NCBI RefSeq assembly: GCF_006345805.1
Contig: NC_043010.1
Span: forward strand, 12,772,001 to 12,836,000
Reading direction: 5' to 3'
Length of the DNA stretch: 64,000 nt
Source: Octopus sinensis
Taxonomy: Eukaryota
Part shown: one piece after another, positions 52,466-64,000 of the stretch
How the letters are laid out: each line of letters opens with the position of its first letter
Numbering within the stretch: position 1 is the first letter of the stretch
Program-made: the position numbers and the translations under genes
Notes under the pieces: model-generated
Told to the model about the DNA's origin: nothing
Seen by the model: the letters and a program-made list of their open reading frames with translations, nothing else
Database searches by the model: none

Positions 52466-52660
52466 TACTCACTTCACTTGCTGATTTGTGCTTGGCACAA
52501 TTACGGTTACTGCCCCCCCATCCTTTTGTCTGGGGATTCTAAGGAAAATTATGAAGATAAGACATGAAGAATCCTGAAGTTGGTTCGTAGACTGATTGTG
52601 CCATTAGTCTGGAAGGCAAGTAGAGACTTGGCAACGAACAGTAACGGTCAAGATCTCAAT

Positions 52661-52786
52661 CAGGTATGGGCAAACTTTTTCGAAAAGCGAGTCGCATGAG
52701 ACATGGTTAAGCATCAGGCAGGCTGCACTCTTAAAAAAAAAATCTAAATAATTTTTCGTTCGTGGGTCGCAGTTTGCCTATGACTA
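52661..52786. mobile_element. hAT-like MITE (126 bp)
   Basis: TIRs caggtatgggcaaact and agtttgcctatgacta; flanking 8-mers atctcaat and atctaatt (6/8 match). Confidence 0.6.
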
Positions 52787-53083
52787 ATCTAATTACTTTT
52801 TTGCAAGTTCAAGGGATTTTAATAAGAGTATGGCAAAATTTTATAGATTTGAGAGCATTTCACTCATTTTACTCATTGTCAAAAAAAATAAATAAAAGAT
52901 CTGAGATCTACCCTCAGTTGTATCAAGGAAAGTGATGTCCGTCTTTCCTCTTCCAAGCTAGTTAAGTATAAACTGTGGAGCTTGTGAGGAGAAGAGGGAG
53001 AAAGACTCCGCAATATCATGTTGTATAGCATTATAAGAAGCAACCCTTTTGATTGCGAAGAAGTGATAAATATTCGGTACAGG

Positions 53084-53475
53084 GATGGGATGGAAGCACT
53101 CCGTCGGTTCCGACGACGAGGGTTCCGGTTGATCCGATCAACGGAACAGCCTGCTCGTGAAATTAACGTGTAAGTGGCTGAGCACTCCACAGACACGTGT
53201 TACCTTAACGTAGTTCTCGGGGATATTCAGCGTGACACAGAGAGTGACAAGGCCGGCCCTTTGAAATACAGGTACAACAGAAACAGGAAGTAAGAGTGAG
53301 AGAAAGTTGTGGTGAAAGAGTACATCAGGGATCACCACCATACCCTGCCGGAGCCTCGTGGAGCTTTTAGGTGTTTTCGCTCAATAAACACTCACAACGC
53401 CCGGTCTGGGAATCGAAACCGCGATCCTACGACCGCGAGTCCGCTGCCCTAACCACTGGGCCATTGCACCTCCAC
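53084..53475 (-). mobile_element. SINE family C2, full length, tRNA-Arg-like head, 12 bp TSD
   Basis: A-box TGGCCCAGTGG, B-box GGTTTCGATTCC; TSD attcggtacagg at 53072-53083 and 53476-53487. Confidence 0.9.
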
Positions 53476-53989
53476 ATTCGGTACAGGACCAAAGGGAGAA
53501 ATGCTATTATGATTTATTAAAAGTATGGTTTCCTTATTAATATATGTTTTTTTTTCAGTTGGCACTTCATTGCAGATCATTAAAAATATAATGTTTCCTT
53601 TTGTATTTTTGTAATAAGAGTCAATATTTTTTTCTATAGCTACTTAAGAGCTGTGACCATTATATTAAATAGCCTACAGTATATTTCTATAAATCTTTAA
53701 TTTATAGTTTCATATTATTCCATAGTTAAACGTATATACTGCAGAGTGCCGTAATTTATATGATGAGCAAGATAAAAGTCAATGTAAGTAAAATCGAATA
53801 ATATTTGTAAATTAAACTCCAATATTACAGTATCTTCATATCTTTTGAAAATTTTGCAATAAAAAAACATGCCTCTTATATAACAAGTTTTCTTAAATCA
53901 ACTTTATATATAAAAATTATGCATCGAATTTCACAGAATTTAAGAATATTAGACACATACAATTTTTAACATTTTCCTTCGTGTATATT

Positions 53990-53991
53990 TA

Positions 53992-54084
<93 letters not shown>

Positions 54085-54100
54085 GTGTGTGTGTGTGTGT
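53990..54100. repeat. (ATCT)n(GT)n microsatellite
   Basis: Seen directly. Confidence 0.95.
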
Positions 54101-54101
54101 A

Positions 54102-55363
54102 CAGGGTGGGGAAGCAAAACTTGGAAAATAATAGATAATTCACCAAATATTTCATATTACAACAACCAGCTACCTGACATAAATATAATTTTAACACGTG
54201 TTTATAGGGGTATAAAGAGACAATTTATTCAATATGTCTGCCTTCATTGTCCACCACAGCCTTCACACGCCACCTGAAGGCCTCACAACTCTTCATGATG
54301 AAGCACTCAGACATGTTACATGTTGTCTCACCCTTCTCTCAGGGTTTACTTAAAATCATCAAGACTTGGATGCGAAGTTCTGTTGGTAGAGCACTCCAAT
54401 TTGCCCCATACGGTATAGTCTAGAGAGTTCAAGAAGAAAGCTCTAAGTTGGCTGGCCAAAAGTCGGCGAAGTTGTCTTCGCAGAATTTCTGCACTTTCTT
54501 CGCCGCATGAGCAGGAGAAGCATCTTGGGTCCACACATAATTACCATTGGGGTAGTTAGACTTCAGCCAAGGCAGGGCTTTATAATAAACGTCAGCCCCG
54601 ACCTTGAAAAAAATGGAGAGGTATCTTTTTCCGCCAGACTCCACAACTCCCAGTATCATGACTTGAGCTGAGGGCTTGGTCCTAAAGACGCCCTTTACAA
54701 CCGAAGGGAACTTAGCAATGTCTCAACCACTGCGACGTTTAAAAACAGCATCAACAGTAAAGTTATCTTCATCTAAAAAGATTTTGACGGTTTGTCCATT
54801 GTACTTCAAGCATCGCAACACTTTTTTGGGTCCTTTCATGCCTTTTGGTTTTCATTGCATGAGACAATAAGTATCCCGAGGTCCTCGTGCATAGCCCCCA
54901 AATGTAAATCAGTGAGTACAGCATTTCTGATGGTCTTTGGATAAACTTTCATGTCCACAGACAGTTTTCTCATGGATGTTTTAGAGTCTTTCGAAATTCT
55001 GGCTTTGAGAGATTTAAGAAATGCATTATCCCGGTTTTTTTTTATTTATGTCTCCACTTCCTTGCTTTCTCTTGATGTCTCCAATATCCAGCATTCGGTT
55101 CTTAACGTTGTAGACAGTGCTTACAGTAGCCCCCAACAGTCTGAGCAATATGTTTAATTGTAACCCCGGCATGAAGCAAATCTGCTATGCGTTGTCTCTT
55201 AGCTTCTTAAGTGGACATGCTAGATCGAATGACTGGAGCTTCTGCTTAAATTAACTCTATATACCCCCAGCCTGAAACAGAGAACAATATTTTAGCATTT
55301 ACGCTCAGGAATATATGAAAACTAAAGCTTCCGAAATATTCCAAGATTTGCTTCCCCGCCCTG
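54102..55363 (-). mobile_element. Near full-length (1262 bp) decayed Tc1/mariner element, probably DD37D (maT-type)
   Basis: TIRs cagggtggggaagcaaaacttggaa and ttccaagatttgcttccccgccctg with TA duplication; fragments IFLDEDNFTVD, YVWTQDASPAH and LNSLDYTVWG; frameshifted. Confidence 0.9.
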
Positions 55364-57247
55364 TATATACACACATACACTTCTGTGTGTGCGTGTGTGT
55401 GTCAGATTAAAGGAGATTAAGAAATCCGAGCATTCCTATGGATATCGGCTAACAGAGTAAATAGAAGCGAATACCTTTTCATTAAAGCAAACCGTTCTAT
55501 ACAAACTGAAATTCCAACGATAATTTATATGTCGTACAGTATAATACAGCAAGTTCAAGAATGAAGATGATGGTATTAACGTTTGTTCCCTTTTTACGAT
55601 CATTTCAACAATCATAATAAAAGAATAAATGTAATAACATCACCTCCACTTTTGGACTTACTATACACACACACACACACACACAATTGCCATCTCTGAA
55701 GAGTGCAGGATTACATAATCGGATTGTTACCTAACACTCTGTCGAATCCCTAATGCGAAACCGATTGGTAAAATCAGCCGTAATGGCTATATAATACTGT
55801 TACACTTCGATCGATTGATATACATGTGTGTGTGTGTGTTGTGTGTGTGTGTGTGTGTGTGTGTAAGTGTGTACATGACAGAAATTTATGCATGAGTCAT
55901 GATACGAAATGAAGTAACGCTATGCTGGCTACTGTCTTCTCAGATACCTCGGCTGTTTGTCAAGAATTTTTACTATGGCCTTCTTGATATTGTAGCGGCA
56001 CAAGCAGTCAGCGCCATATTTGATGAGATCTCGCGGTAGCTACTGCCCTCTCCGAGACTAGAGCGAGACCTCACCTGCATTCATTTGCCATGCGCGAGAT
56101 CACAACGAAGCTCGCGATGGCAAACTGTATACAAGGGCAAAACAGAAACAGATTCATTCTTTTTGTCTCCGCTTCTTCGCAGCAGCGCTTGCTGAGCACA
56201 CTTCACTGGCTGGGCCTGTGTGCATGTTGTACCTCCAGAGGCAATGTGTCCGCAGTAATGGAGATACAACACCACGCACACAGCTCGAGATGGTTGCTGA
56301 GAGCAGCACACTTCACCTATTCAGAGAAACGTAAATAAACCGGTTGTAAATTGCACATGTACTACACTTAACGACTTCTTTCTTCGCCTGCCGGAACCTG
56401 TGCTACACGAAGAGCAAGATATAATGGGAGAAGGCGATATTCTCCCGATATCGCAAACCTTGCCTTCCATTATAATGTCAAAATCTCAAATACGGCATTA
56501 TTTGCGAAGTAAATAATCTACCAGTTAGAACAGTAAGCCAAATGTAGTGTCTATCACATGGGAGGGAAAATATAATGTATCGGACTACTAGCCCATAAAG
56601 TATAAATTCAAAATTATAACAACTGCTATTGTTGTAGCAGTTTGTCTCCGCGCGGGACACTGACTCCAACGTTTCAACACTTTCTAAGCAGAGACTGCTT
56701 CTATGACCCCTGGGAAAAGTTTTCAGTAATAAACGAGTCTCTTTTTTCCAGAAGAAGAGTTGACTTTCTAATAGAAATTATTGTAACAGTAGTTACACAG
56801 CTCTATAAAATGCATTGGGAGCGAATGTTATGAATGTTATATAGCTAGCATGAATAAAATCACATTGTTTTCTCTAAACAACGATCTAATAAAATAAAAA
56901 CATTGAAATATTTTAATACAATTTTTTTTTATCGTTACAATATCGAACGGTTTTATGAGAAACTTTAAGGAGAAACGTGTTCCTCTTAAATTTTCAGTTT
57001 GAAATACGGTGTAACAAAAACGATTTAAATAACAAATAGATACAACACAAAAAAATTATTTGATTTGAATTAATCTATGAAATTCAGCGCTCGGTATGAT
57101 TTCTCTCCAAGTATTATATATTTTATGCGAGAACAATACTTTGGGGACAACTACAGCCCAGAATTCGATAGTTGCCCTCCTATTTGGAAATGATGTCAAG
57201 GAGCATGAACACACAAGATATACTATACATGTGTGTGAATAAGTGTG

Positions 57248-57249
<2 letters not shown>

Positions 57250-57279
<30 letters not shown>

Positions 57280-57292
57280 TATATATATATAT

Positions 57293-57384
<92 letters not shown>

Positions 57385-57718
57385 CATACATACATATATA
57401 TATATATAATATATATATATATACATACATACATACATCATACATACATACACATATATATACATACATACATACACATATATACATACATACATACACA
57501 TATACATACATATACATACATACACATATATACATACATACATACACATATATACATACATACATACATACACATATATACATACATACATACACATATA
57601 CATACATACACATATACATACATACACATATATACATACATACACATATATACATACATACATACACATATATACATACATACATACATATATATACATA
57701 CATACATACATACATACA

Positions 57719-57754
<36 letters not shown>

Positions 57755-57800
57755 TATATATGAGTGTATGTATGTATGTATGTATGTATTATATATGTAT
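57250..57800. repeat. (ATAC/AT)n compound microsatellite
   Basis: Seen directly. Confidence 0.95.
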
Positions 57801-57959
57801 ACACACACACACATTCACAGACAGAAAAAAAAAACATACCTACAGACATGTAGAAACTCACAGGTGTATATATATGTGTGCATATGTGCACATATATACA
57901 CACATATCGTTAATAATACTCAATAAACGAGCACGGAAAGAAAATATACGATAATTGAT

Positions 57960-58061
57960 CATTATCACCGGTAATATCATCATCACCATCATCACCATCA
58001 TCATCACCATCATCACCATCATCATCATCATCATTTCTGTCGTCGTCGTCAACGCCAACGC

Positions 58062-58118
<57 letters not shown>

Positions 58119-58145
58119 TTCTGTCGTCGTCGTCACCGCCAACGC

Positions 58146-58178
<33 letters not shown>

Positions 58179-58267
58179 TTGTGTCGTCGTCGTCACCGCC
58201 AACGCCATCATCATCAACATCATCATCATCATCATCATCATTTGTGTCGTCGTCGTCAACGCCAACG

Positions 58268-58299
<32 letters not shown>

Positions 58300-58382
58300 C
58301 CATCACCATCACCATCACCATCATCATCATCATCCTTGACAGGATCATCATCATCACCATCACCATCATCATCATCATCACC

Positions 58383-58414
<32 letters not shown>

Positions 58415-58510
58415 CATTTGTGTCGTCGTCGTCAACGCCAACGCCATCAACATCATCATCATCACCATCATCATCATCACCATCACCATCACCACCATCA
58501 TCATCATCCT
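57960..58510. repeat. (CAT)n array with a recurring core attt(c/g)tgtcgtcgtcgtca(a/c)cgccaacgc x5
   Basis: Cores at 58033, 58117, 58177, 58240 and 58416. Confidence 0.9.
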
Positions 58511-59147
58511 TGACAGCATCTTCAGCATAATAGATTCTTTAATAAGAAGCTTTCTTTCAGCGACTTCTAACCAAGAGCCATCCCACATTTTAAATATAGT
58601 CAAGTAGCTGAATGAATTTTCATTTGCGTCAGCATTCCTTTTTTTTGTCTTTTTTTTGTCTTTTTTTTGTCTTTTCTTTCTTTTCTTTTTTCATTTCTTT
58701 CTCTCTTTTTATTTATTTATTAATTTTTTTTTTGTCATCTTGTCTCTCATCTAGAAAGTTTATTAACTTTTTTTTTTCTCTCTCTCTCTTTCCTCATTGA
58801 CAGCAAATTTTAATCTCATCGCATTAAAAGGAATTTCTTTTCAATCAGCGCATTGGTTTGTCGATTGGTTTATATAGCAAGACAGATAGGTCGTTTCTCG
58901 AATATGAGTTTACAGTACAATTTTTCTCACGAGAAGTAGTGTAGAGTCGATTCCGCTTAATCGCATCGCTTACGATAGATTATTGGATTTCGTCATGCAA
59001 TTAACCGGAGTATGCATTTTGCTGAATTCATTTGGTTGGCGATAAATTTCAAAATTTTAATATACTATCAGTAATAAAGTAGTTAAGAATTTTCAAAAAT
59101 AATAATAATATTCCTATGTCTGTACAAAAATAATAATAATAATATTC

Positions 59148-59560
59148 ATAAGGCGCAGGAGTGGCTGTGTGGTAAGTAGCTTCTCTACCAACCACATGGT
59201 TCCTGGTTCAGTCCCACTGTGTGGCACCTTGGGCAAGTGTCTTCTACTATAGCCTCGGGCCAACCAATGCCTTGTGAGTGGATTTGGTAGACGGAAACTG
59301 AAAAAGCCTGTCGTATATATGTATATATATGTATATATGGGTATGTGTGTGTGTTTGTGTGTGTGTGTTTGTCCCCCTAGCATTGCTTGAAAAACCGATG
59401 CTGGTGTGTTTATGTCCCCGTTACTTAGCGGTTCGGCAAAAGAGACCGATAGAATAAGTACTGGGCTTACAAAGAATAAGTCCCGGGGTCAATTTGCTCG
59501 ACTAAAGGCGGTGCTCCAGCATGGCCACAGTCAAATGACTGAAACAAGTAAAAGAGAGAA
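59148..59560 (+). mobile_element. SINE family A, full length
   Basis: Same head, body and tail as the other copies. Confidence 0.9.
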
Positions 59561-59933
59561 AGAGAGATATATGTTATCAAATGCAGCTGAAACCCATTTT
59601 CTCGGACATTTCCACTAGATTACCTGTTATGTGTTTAATTAACATATTAATTAATCCTCTCCGCATTCCATCCATCAATCTTTTCCTGAGAGCGTCGTAG
59701 GGATAGAGTCCTCAGGCACCTTCTCCATAAGGTCCTATCAGAAGTATCCGTCATTGGACTTTCCTGCTGGATTTTCAAAGGTGACCAACTGATATATGGC
59801 AAGATATTGCTATATTGAGCTACAAATATATAAATATACCTCGTCATGTTGAACCGTTAATCCCTACACATATTTTTCTTCCTCCGTTATTTTCATTCTC
59901 TCTCCTTTTTTTATATATTTTTTCTGTCAATCC

Positions 59934-59967
59934 TTTCTGCTGAAGAGCGTAGGCTCGAAATATCAAA
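59934..59967 (+). ncRNA. Minimal hammerhead-like motif with a 2 bp palindromic stem III
   Basis: TTT-CTGCTGAA-GAGC(GTAG)GCTC-GAAAT-ATC-AAA; perfect stem II, AUC site, core with one substitution. Confidence 0.45.
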
Positions 59968-61394
59968 TGCTTTTCTATTCTTTCCGAGCGTCGAACTAAT
60001 ACACCTGCTTGTTGTTCCTTCACCCGTTTTCGTCTTTTATTTTCTGAAAATTAGATTTGTGTGTGTCTGTGTGTGTGTGTGGTGTGTGTGTGTGTGTGTG
60101 TGTGTGCCTGTGTGTGTGTGTGTGGTGTGTGTGTGTGTGTGTGTGTGCCTGTGTGTGTGTGTGTACTTCGTTTTTGTACCTAGTTTGCAAGATTCTTTAT
60201 ATGAATTCGTGCGTTGAAAAAAATTTGTGTTAATAATGACTCTCTCTCTCTCTCTCTCTCCACACACACACACTCATGGCCATGCCGTTAATTTGTTTTT
60301 AAATAAGCAATATTAATTTGTTTACACAATGCTTATCTAATTTAGCTCCTTTTCCCCTTAACCATCTTAATGAGGTTATCAATTAAGTGGTTCATTAGCG
60401 CGTTAACTAATTTTTATCTTTATTTATTTTAATACTTTATTCATCTAAATATTTCCAGGAGTATTTCTTCTCAAATAAAAAAATATATATCGTGAGTTAT
60501 AGGGTTACATGCAGAAGCACAAGCCATAATGTGGAAATAACACCGGAGAAATACTCTTATATACAGGCAACGTCATCCTAGATTATACGCTTAATTTTTG
60601 TAGCTAGATTCTATTGCCAGAAATATCAGCAGATTTTCATTACGAAATTAAGATCTGACAAAGCCCCGGTACTTTTGTGCAAGATATTGCCATTTACAAC
60701 AGTTGCTACGTTATACAACTTCATGCATGGATTCCTCTTAACTGAATATCGAATAATTACATTATCCGGTTAATTGCATGCTTTAAAACGCATAACCGTT
60801 TAAACATTAAATATATGTAAAATTGATCGATTAATTGCATAAAATTATTTCGTATTTTGAGTAAGAAATCGACTAAATGTTGCATAAAATTGAACATTTA
60901 TTTGATTTCAGTGAAAAAAAGTGATTCTGGAAGCTTAATTTTCATGACCAGTTAAAATGACAGTATTCACTACTTCATATTTACAAACAATCAATGTCGA
61001 AAGGGTCAAATGTATTTAAGTTTTATTCGTAACATTTCAATTATTTAAAGACTATCGAAGTTCGGATTGCGCCGTAATTTTACCCTGTTTTTAATTATGT
61101 CTAAAATTCTTCATTGCAGCAAGAATTTGCAATAAGATAATTTTTAAATGAAGTGGTCCATGGCGGCCATGTTGTTGTTTGCATTATTGATTACATTAGA
61201 CTGTGATTGATCCAATTAAATGTCTCTTAATCCGCATACCCCTAGTGATTATCATTTAGTAATTTGGAGAGTGTAGAATTTAATGCCTGAACGTATAAAT
61301 TTGGCTAAGTTGGGTAATTGAAGAATATTAAAAGTAATTGAAAACCTCATAACGAATAAGTAAAATGATTGTCATACAGATACACATCAATAAT

Positions 61395-61890
61395 AATATT
61401 GATTTTAAGTTTTGGCAGTAGGCCAGTAAGTTCAGGGAAAGAGATTAATCGATTAAATCGCCTCCCGGTGTTCAACTGGTATTTATTTTATCAACCCCCA
61501 AAAAGATGAAAACCAAAGTCGACCTCGGCGGAATTTGAACACATCAATAATTCTTTCTACTATAGGCACAAGACCTGAAATATTAGCCGATTACATCGAC
61601 CCAAGTGTTTCACTGGTACTTAATTTATCGACCCCGAAAGGGTGAAAGGCAAAGTTGACCTCGGCGGAATTTGAACTCAGAACGTAGCGCTAAGTATTTC
61701 GCCCGGCATTCTGATGCTTCTGCCAGCTTTCTGCCTTGAACACATCAATAATAATATCAATTTTTTCTACTATAGGCACAGGGCTTGAAATTTTGGGGAG
61801 CGCGTTCTTGTCGATAATATCGACCTCAGTGCGTCACTGGTACTTATTTTATTGATCCGGTAAGAATAAAAGTCTAAATCGACCTCGGCA
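61395..61890 (-). mobile_element. Cluster of three SINE family B copies; the middle one (61552-61735) has a 16 bp TSD
   Basis: tgaacacatcaataat at 61536-61551 and 61737-61752; core gacctcggc x3. Confidence 0.8.
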
Positions 61891-62177
61891 ACAAAAATTA
61901 ACTGAATTGTGTACAGAAATAAATCGGGTACAAAAAATACACTAGAAACAAAGCGATATTTTTGTACTCGTATAAAATCTGTACCAGTGTGGTTACCAAC
62001 ATTCACATAGAAACACGTCTCCTGTTCGCTTTCCTACAAAAATACTTTTCACCTTTTTATTTCCAAGCAGACGGTAGCTAACAACGTGAGACTTTTATCG
62101 CTGAAACTACTTTTTCCCTGTTTGTTCTTCTTCCTTCTGTTTCTAGGTTCTCCCAGCTTTTCCTCCTCTTCTTCTAC

Positions 62178-62256
62178 TATCCGAAGAAATATTATATCCC
62201 AAGAAGTATTATATCCGAAGAAGTATTATATCCGAAACGTATTATGCCCGAAACGT
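62178..62256. repeat. 16-17 bp tandem repeat x~4.5 (TATCCGAAGAAGTATTA)
   Basis: Seen directly. Confidence 0.85.
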
Positions 62257-62552
62257 TGATTTTTCCCCGCTTCCCTCAAATGTTAAACTTATGATTTTTT
62301 TTTGTATAATCGTGCTTTGATTTTTTTGTTCTTTGCTGCTCACAATTACATACATACGCACATATTAGAAGCTGCTTATTGTGATCACTGTGAAGAGAAC
62401 CCATTTAGAGAACAATAGCCAGGTAATAATATAAGCAGAGGATTCAACTAGATATTTTTAGTAGGCTTAGGACCCACCAATTTTGATGATAGTAACCAAT
62501 TGACAGCAACGTCCGTGATTACAGGAGGCAGCTCCACTGTTTACACTAACTC

Positions 62553-62554
<2 letters not shown>

Positions 62555-62641
<87 letters not shown>

Positions 62642-62742
62642 CGGACGGACGGACGGACGGATGGACGGAGAGACAGACAGACAGATGGATGGATAGAGAG
62701 ACAGATAGACAGATAGATAGAGAGATAGACAGACAGACAGAC

Positions 62743-62790
<48 letters not shown>

Positions 62791-62842
62791 GGATGGATAG
62801 AGAGACAGTTAGACAGATAGATAGAGAGATAGATAGATAGAG

Positions 62843-62925
<83 letters not shown>

Positions 62926-62935
62926 TAGATAGATA
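62555..62935. repeat. (AGAT/AGAC/GGAC)n tetranucleotide microsatellite
   Basis: Seen directly. Confidence 0.95.
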
Positions 62936-63009
62936 TGTTTATTAGCCACACAGGGCTGCACACAGACGGGACAGATTACAAAGTAGAGCTTTTCTTTTTG
63001 GGGAGAAAG

Positions 63010-63040
<31 letters not shown>

Positions 63041-63919
63041 AATTAAGAGAAAGAGAAGGAGAAAGTGACTTAATATTTGTTTTATGGCACATGCATATAC
63101 ACGTATATTTCAGCACATTGATATACATGTACAAATGCCTACGTATGTACATATACGTATAACACATCATTAAAAAGGAATGCAGAAATACGTGCGGTCA
63201 CACACACACGCACAAAGATATATATTAACGTCTTTATCAATTCTATGCCTCTCTGTCCAATGGCTTCAACGATGTTATTGATCAAAGGCTAGCTTACTTT
63301 TGGGGGTTATGTTTGTTATCGCAGAGCGATTCACTTTGCTAACGGAAGACAGATATTCCAGCGCCCAGTAATGTATACTCACACACGTCTGTGTGAAAAA
63401 GCAATCACGTACATACGTGTGTGTGTTCATGTATTTGTCGTTTTTCCTATTAAGCTTTTCGTCGGTGAAAATCATTTGATTTTGTAGATTCGGGGAAAAT
63501 GAACTTAGAAAGGAGAACCAATGAATTAGTTTTACTCCGTGACCGATACGAAAACCCATTCCATTTTCTCGTAATATTTGCTTTCCCGGCTGACACAAAA
63601 ATTCACAGCAGTTAACCAACTTTGAACTGGTTTCGTCGTTTGCAAAACTGCACCGAAACTTTTAGACAGGCAGGTCTTAAAATTCTAATTTCTGTCATAA
63701 CTAAGCATATGGTTTTCAATATTATTTATACCATGTTTATACCAGCTACAAGATTTTTATTGCCGGTTTTAAAAGACACAAGCAATGCTAGATTTACGTT
63801 TGAAAACAAATGCTCAAAGCAATATCAGTGAATGCTTCTGAGCAATTGACAAACATCCAGTGAGTGGAAAACGTGTCGGATTTTCGAATATCAAGATTCT
63901 TTACTATTACCTTGCTAGC

Positions 63920-64000
63920 GTAGGTGTATGGTTAGAAGTTTGTTTTCTAGCCACATGCATCTGGGTTCAGTCCCACTTCGTGGTACCTTGAGCAAGTGTC
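63920..64000 (+). mobile_element. SINE family A-like head, truncated by the window end
   Basis: gggttcagtcccacttcgtggtaccttgagcaagtgtc. Confidence 0.65.

Noticed and set aside
53400-53475. tRNA gene (also 33710-33785)
   Set aside because: The cloverleaf is imperfect, it continues into a SINE body, and at 53 kb the whole unit is bracketed by a TSD.
57056-57954. YIYI/HTHT/MCVY-type ORFs here and at 17.4-19.7, 24-25.4 and 40.3-40.8 kb
   Set aside because: Dinucleotide and tetranucleotide microsatellite artefacts.
58033-58445. Repeat-spacer pattern resembling a CRISPR array
   Set aside because: The spacers are (CAT)n simple repeats, not unique sequences.

Overview
AT-rich, repeat-saturated eukaryotic DNA. 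The repertoire of tRNA-derived SINEs, RTE 3' ends with (GAT)n tails and very long microsatellites points to an octopus/coleoid cephalopod genome; this is an inference, not a database result. There is no complete protein-coding gene, and almost all long ORFs in the track are simple-repeat or SINE artefacts. Supported content: about 11 full-length copies of a ~410 bp tRNA-headed SINE with an internal microsatellite, other tRNA-derived SINE families, 5'-truncated LINEs (CR1-group, two RTE lineages, one R4/Dong-like RLE type), two decayed DD37D (maT-type) Tc1/mariner elements, a non-autonomous Helitron, GG-ended and hAT-like MITEs, and large micro- and minisatellites. A few splice-flanked open frames suggest the window is mostly intronic to a minus-strand gene that I could not identify. 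The most interesting signal is a set of minimal type I hammerhead-ribozyme (HHR) motifs. The best case is a 1.06 kb insertion (29894-30950) built from a ~353 bp tandem monomer with three HHRs, a 5' inversion and a 12 bp target-site duplication, i.e. a retrozyme-like element. A diverged second copy lies at ~51.1-51.6 kb, and several (TA)n-flanked foldback modules are present, two of them carrying HHR-like cores.
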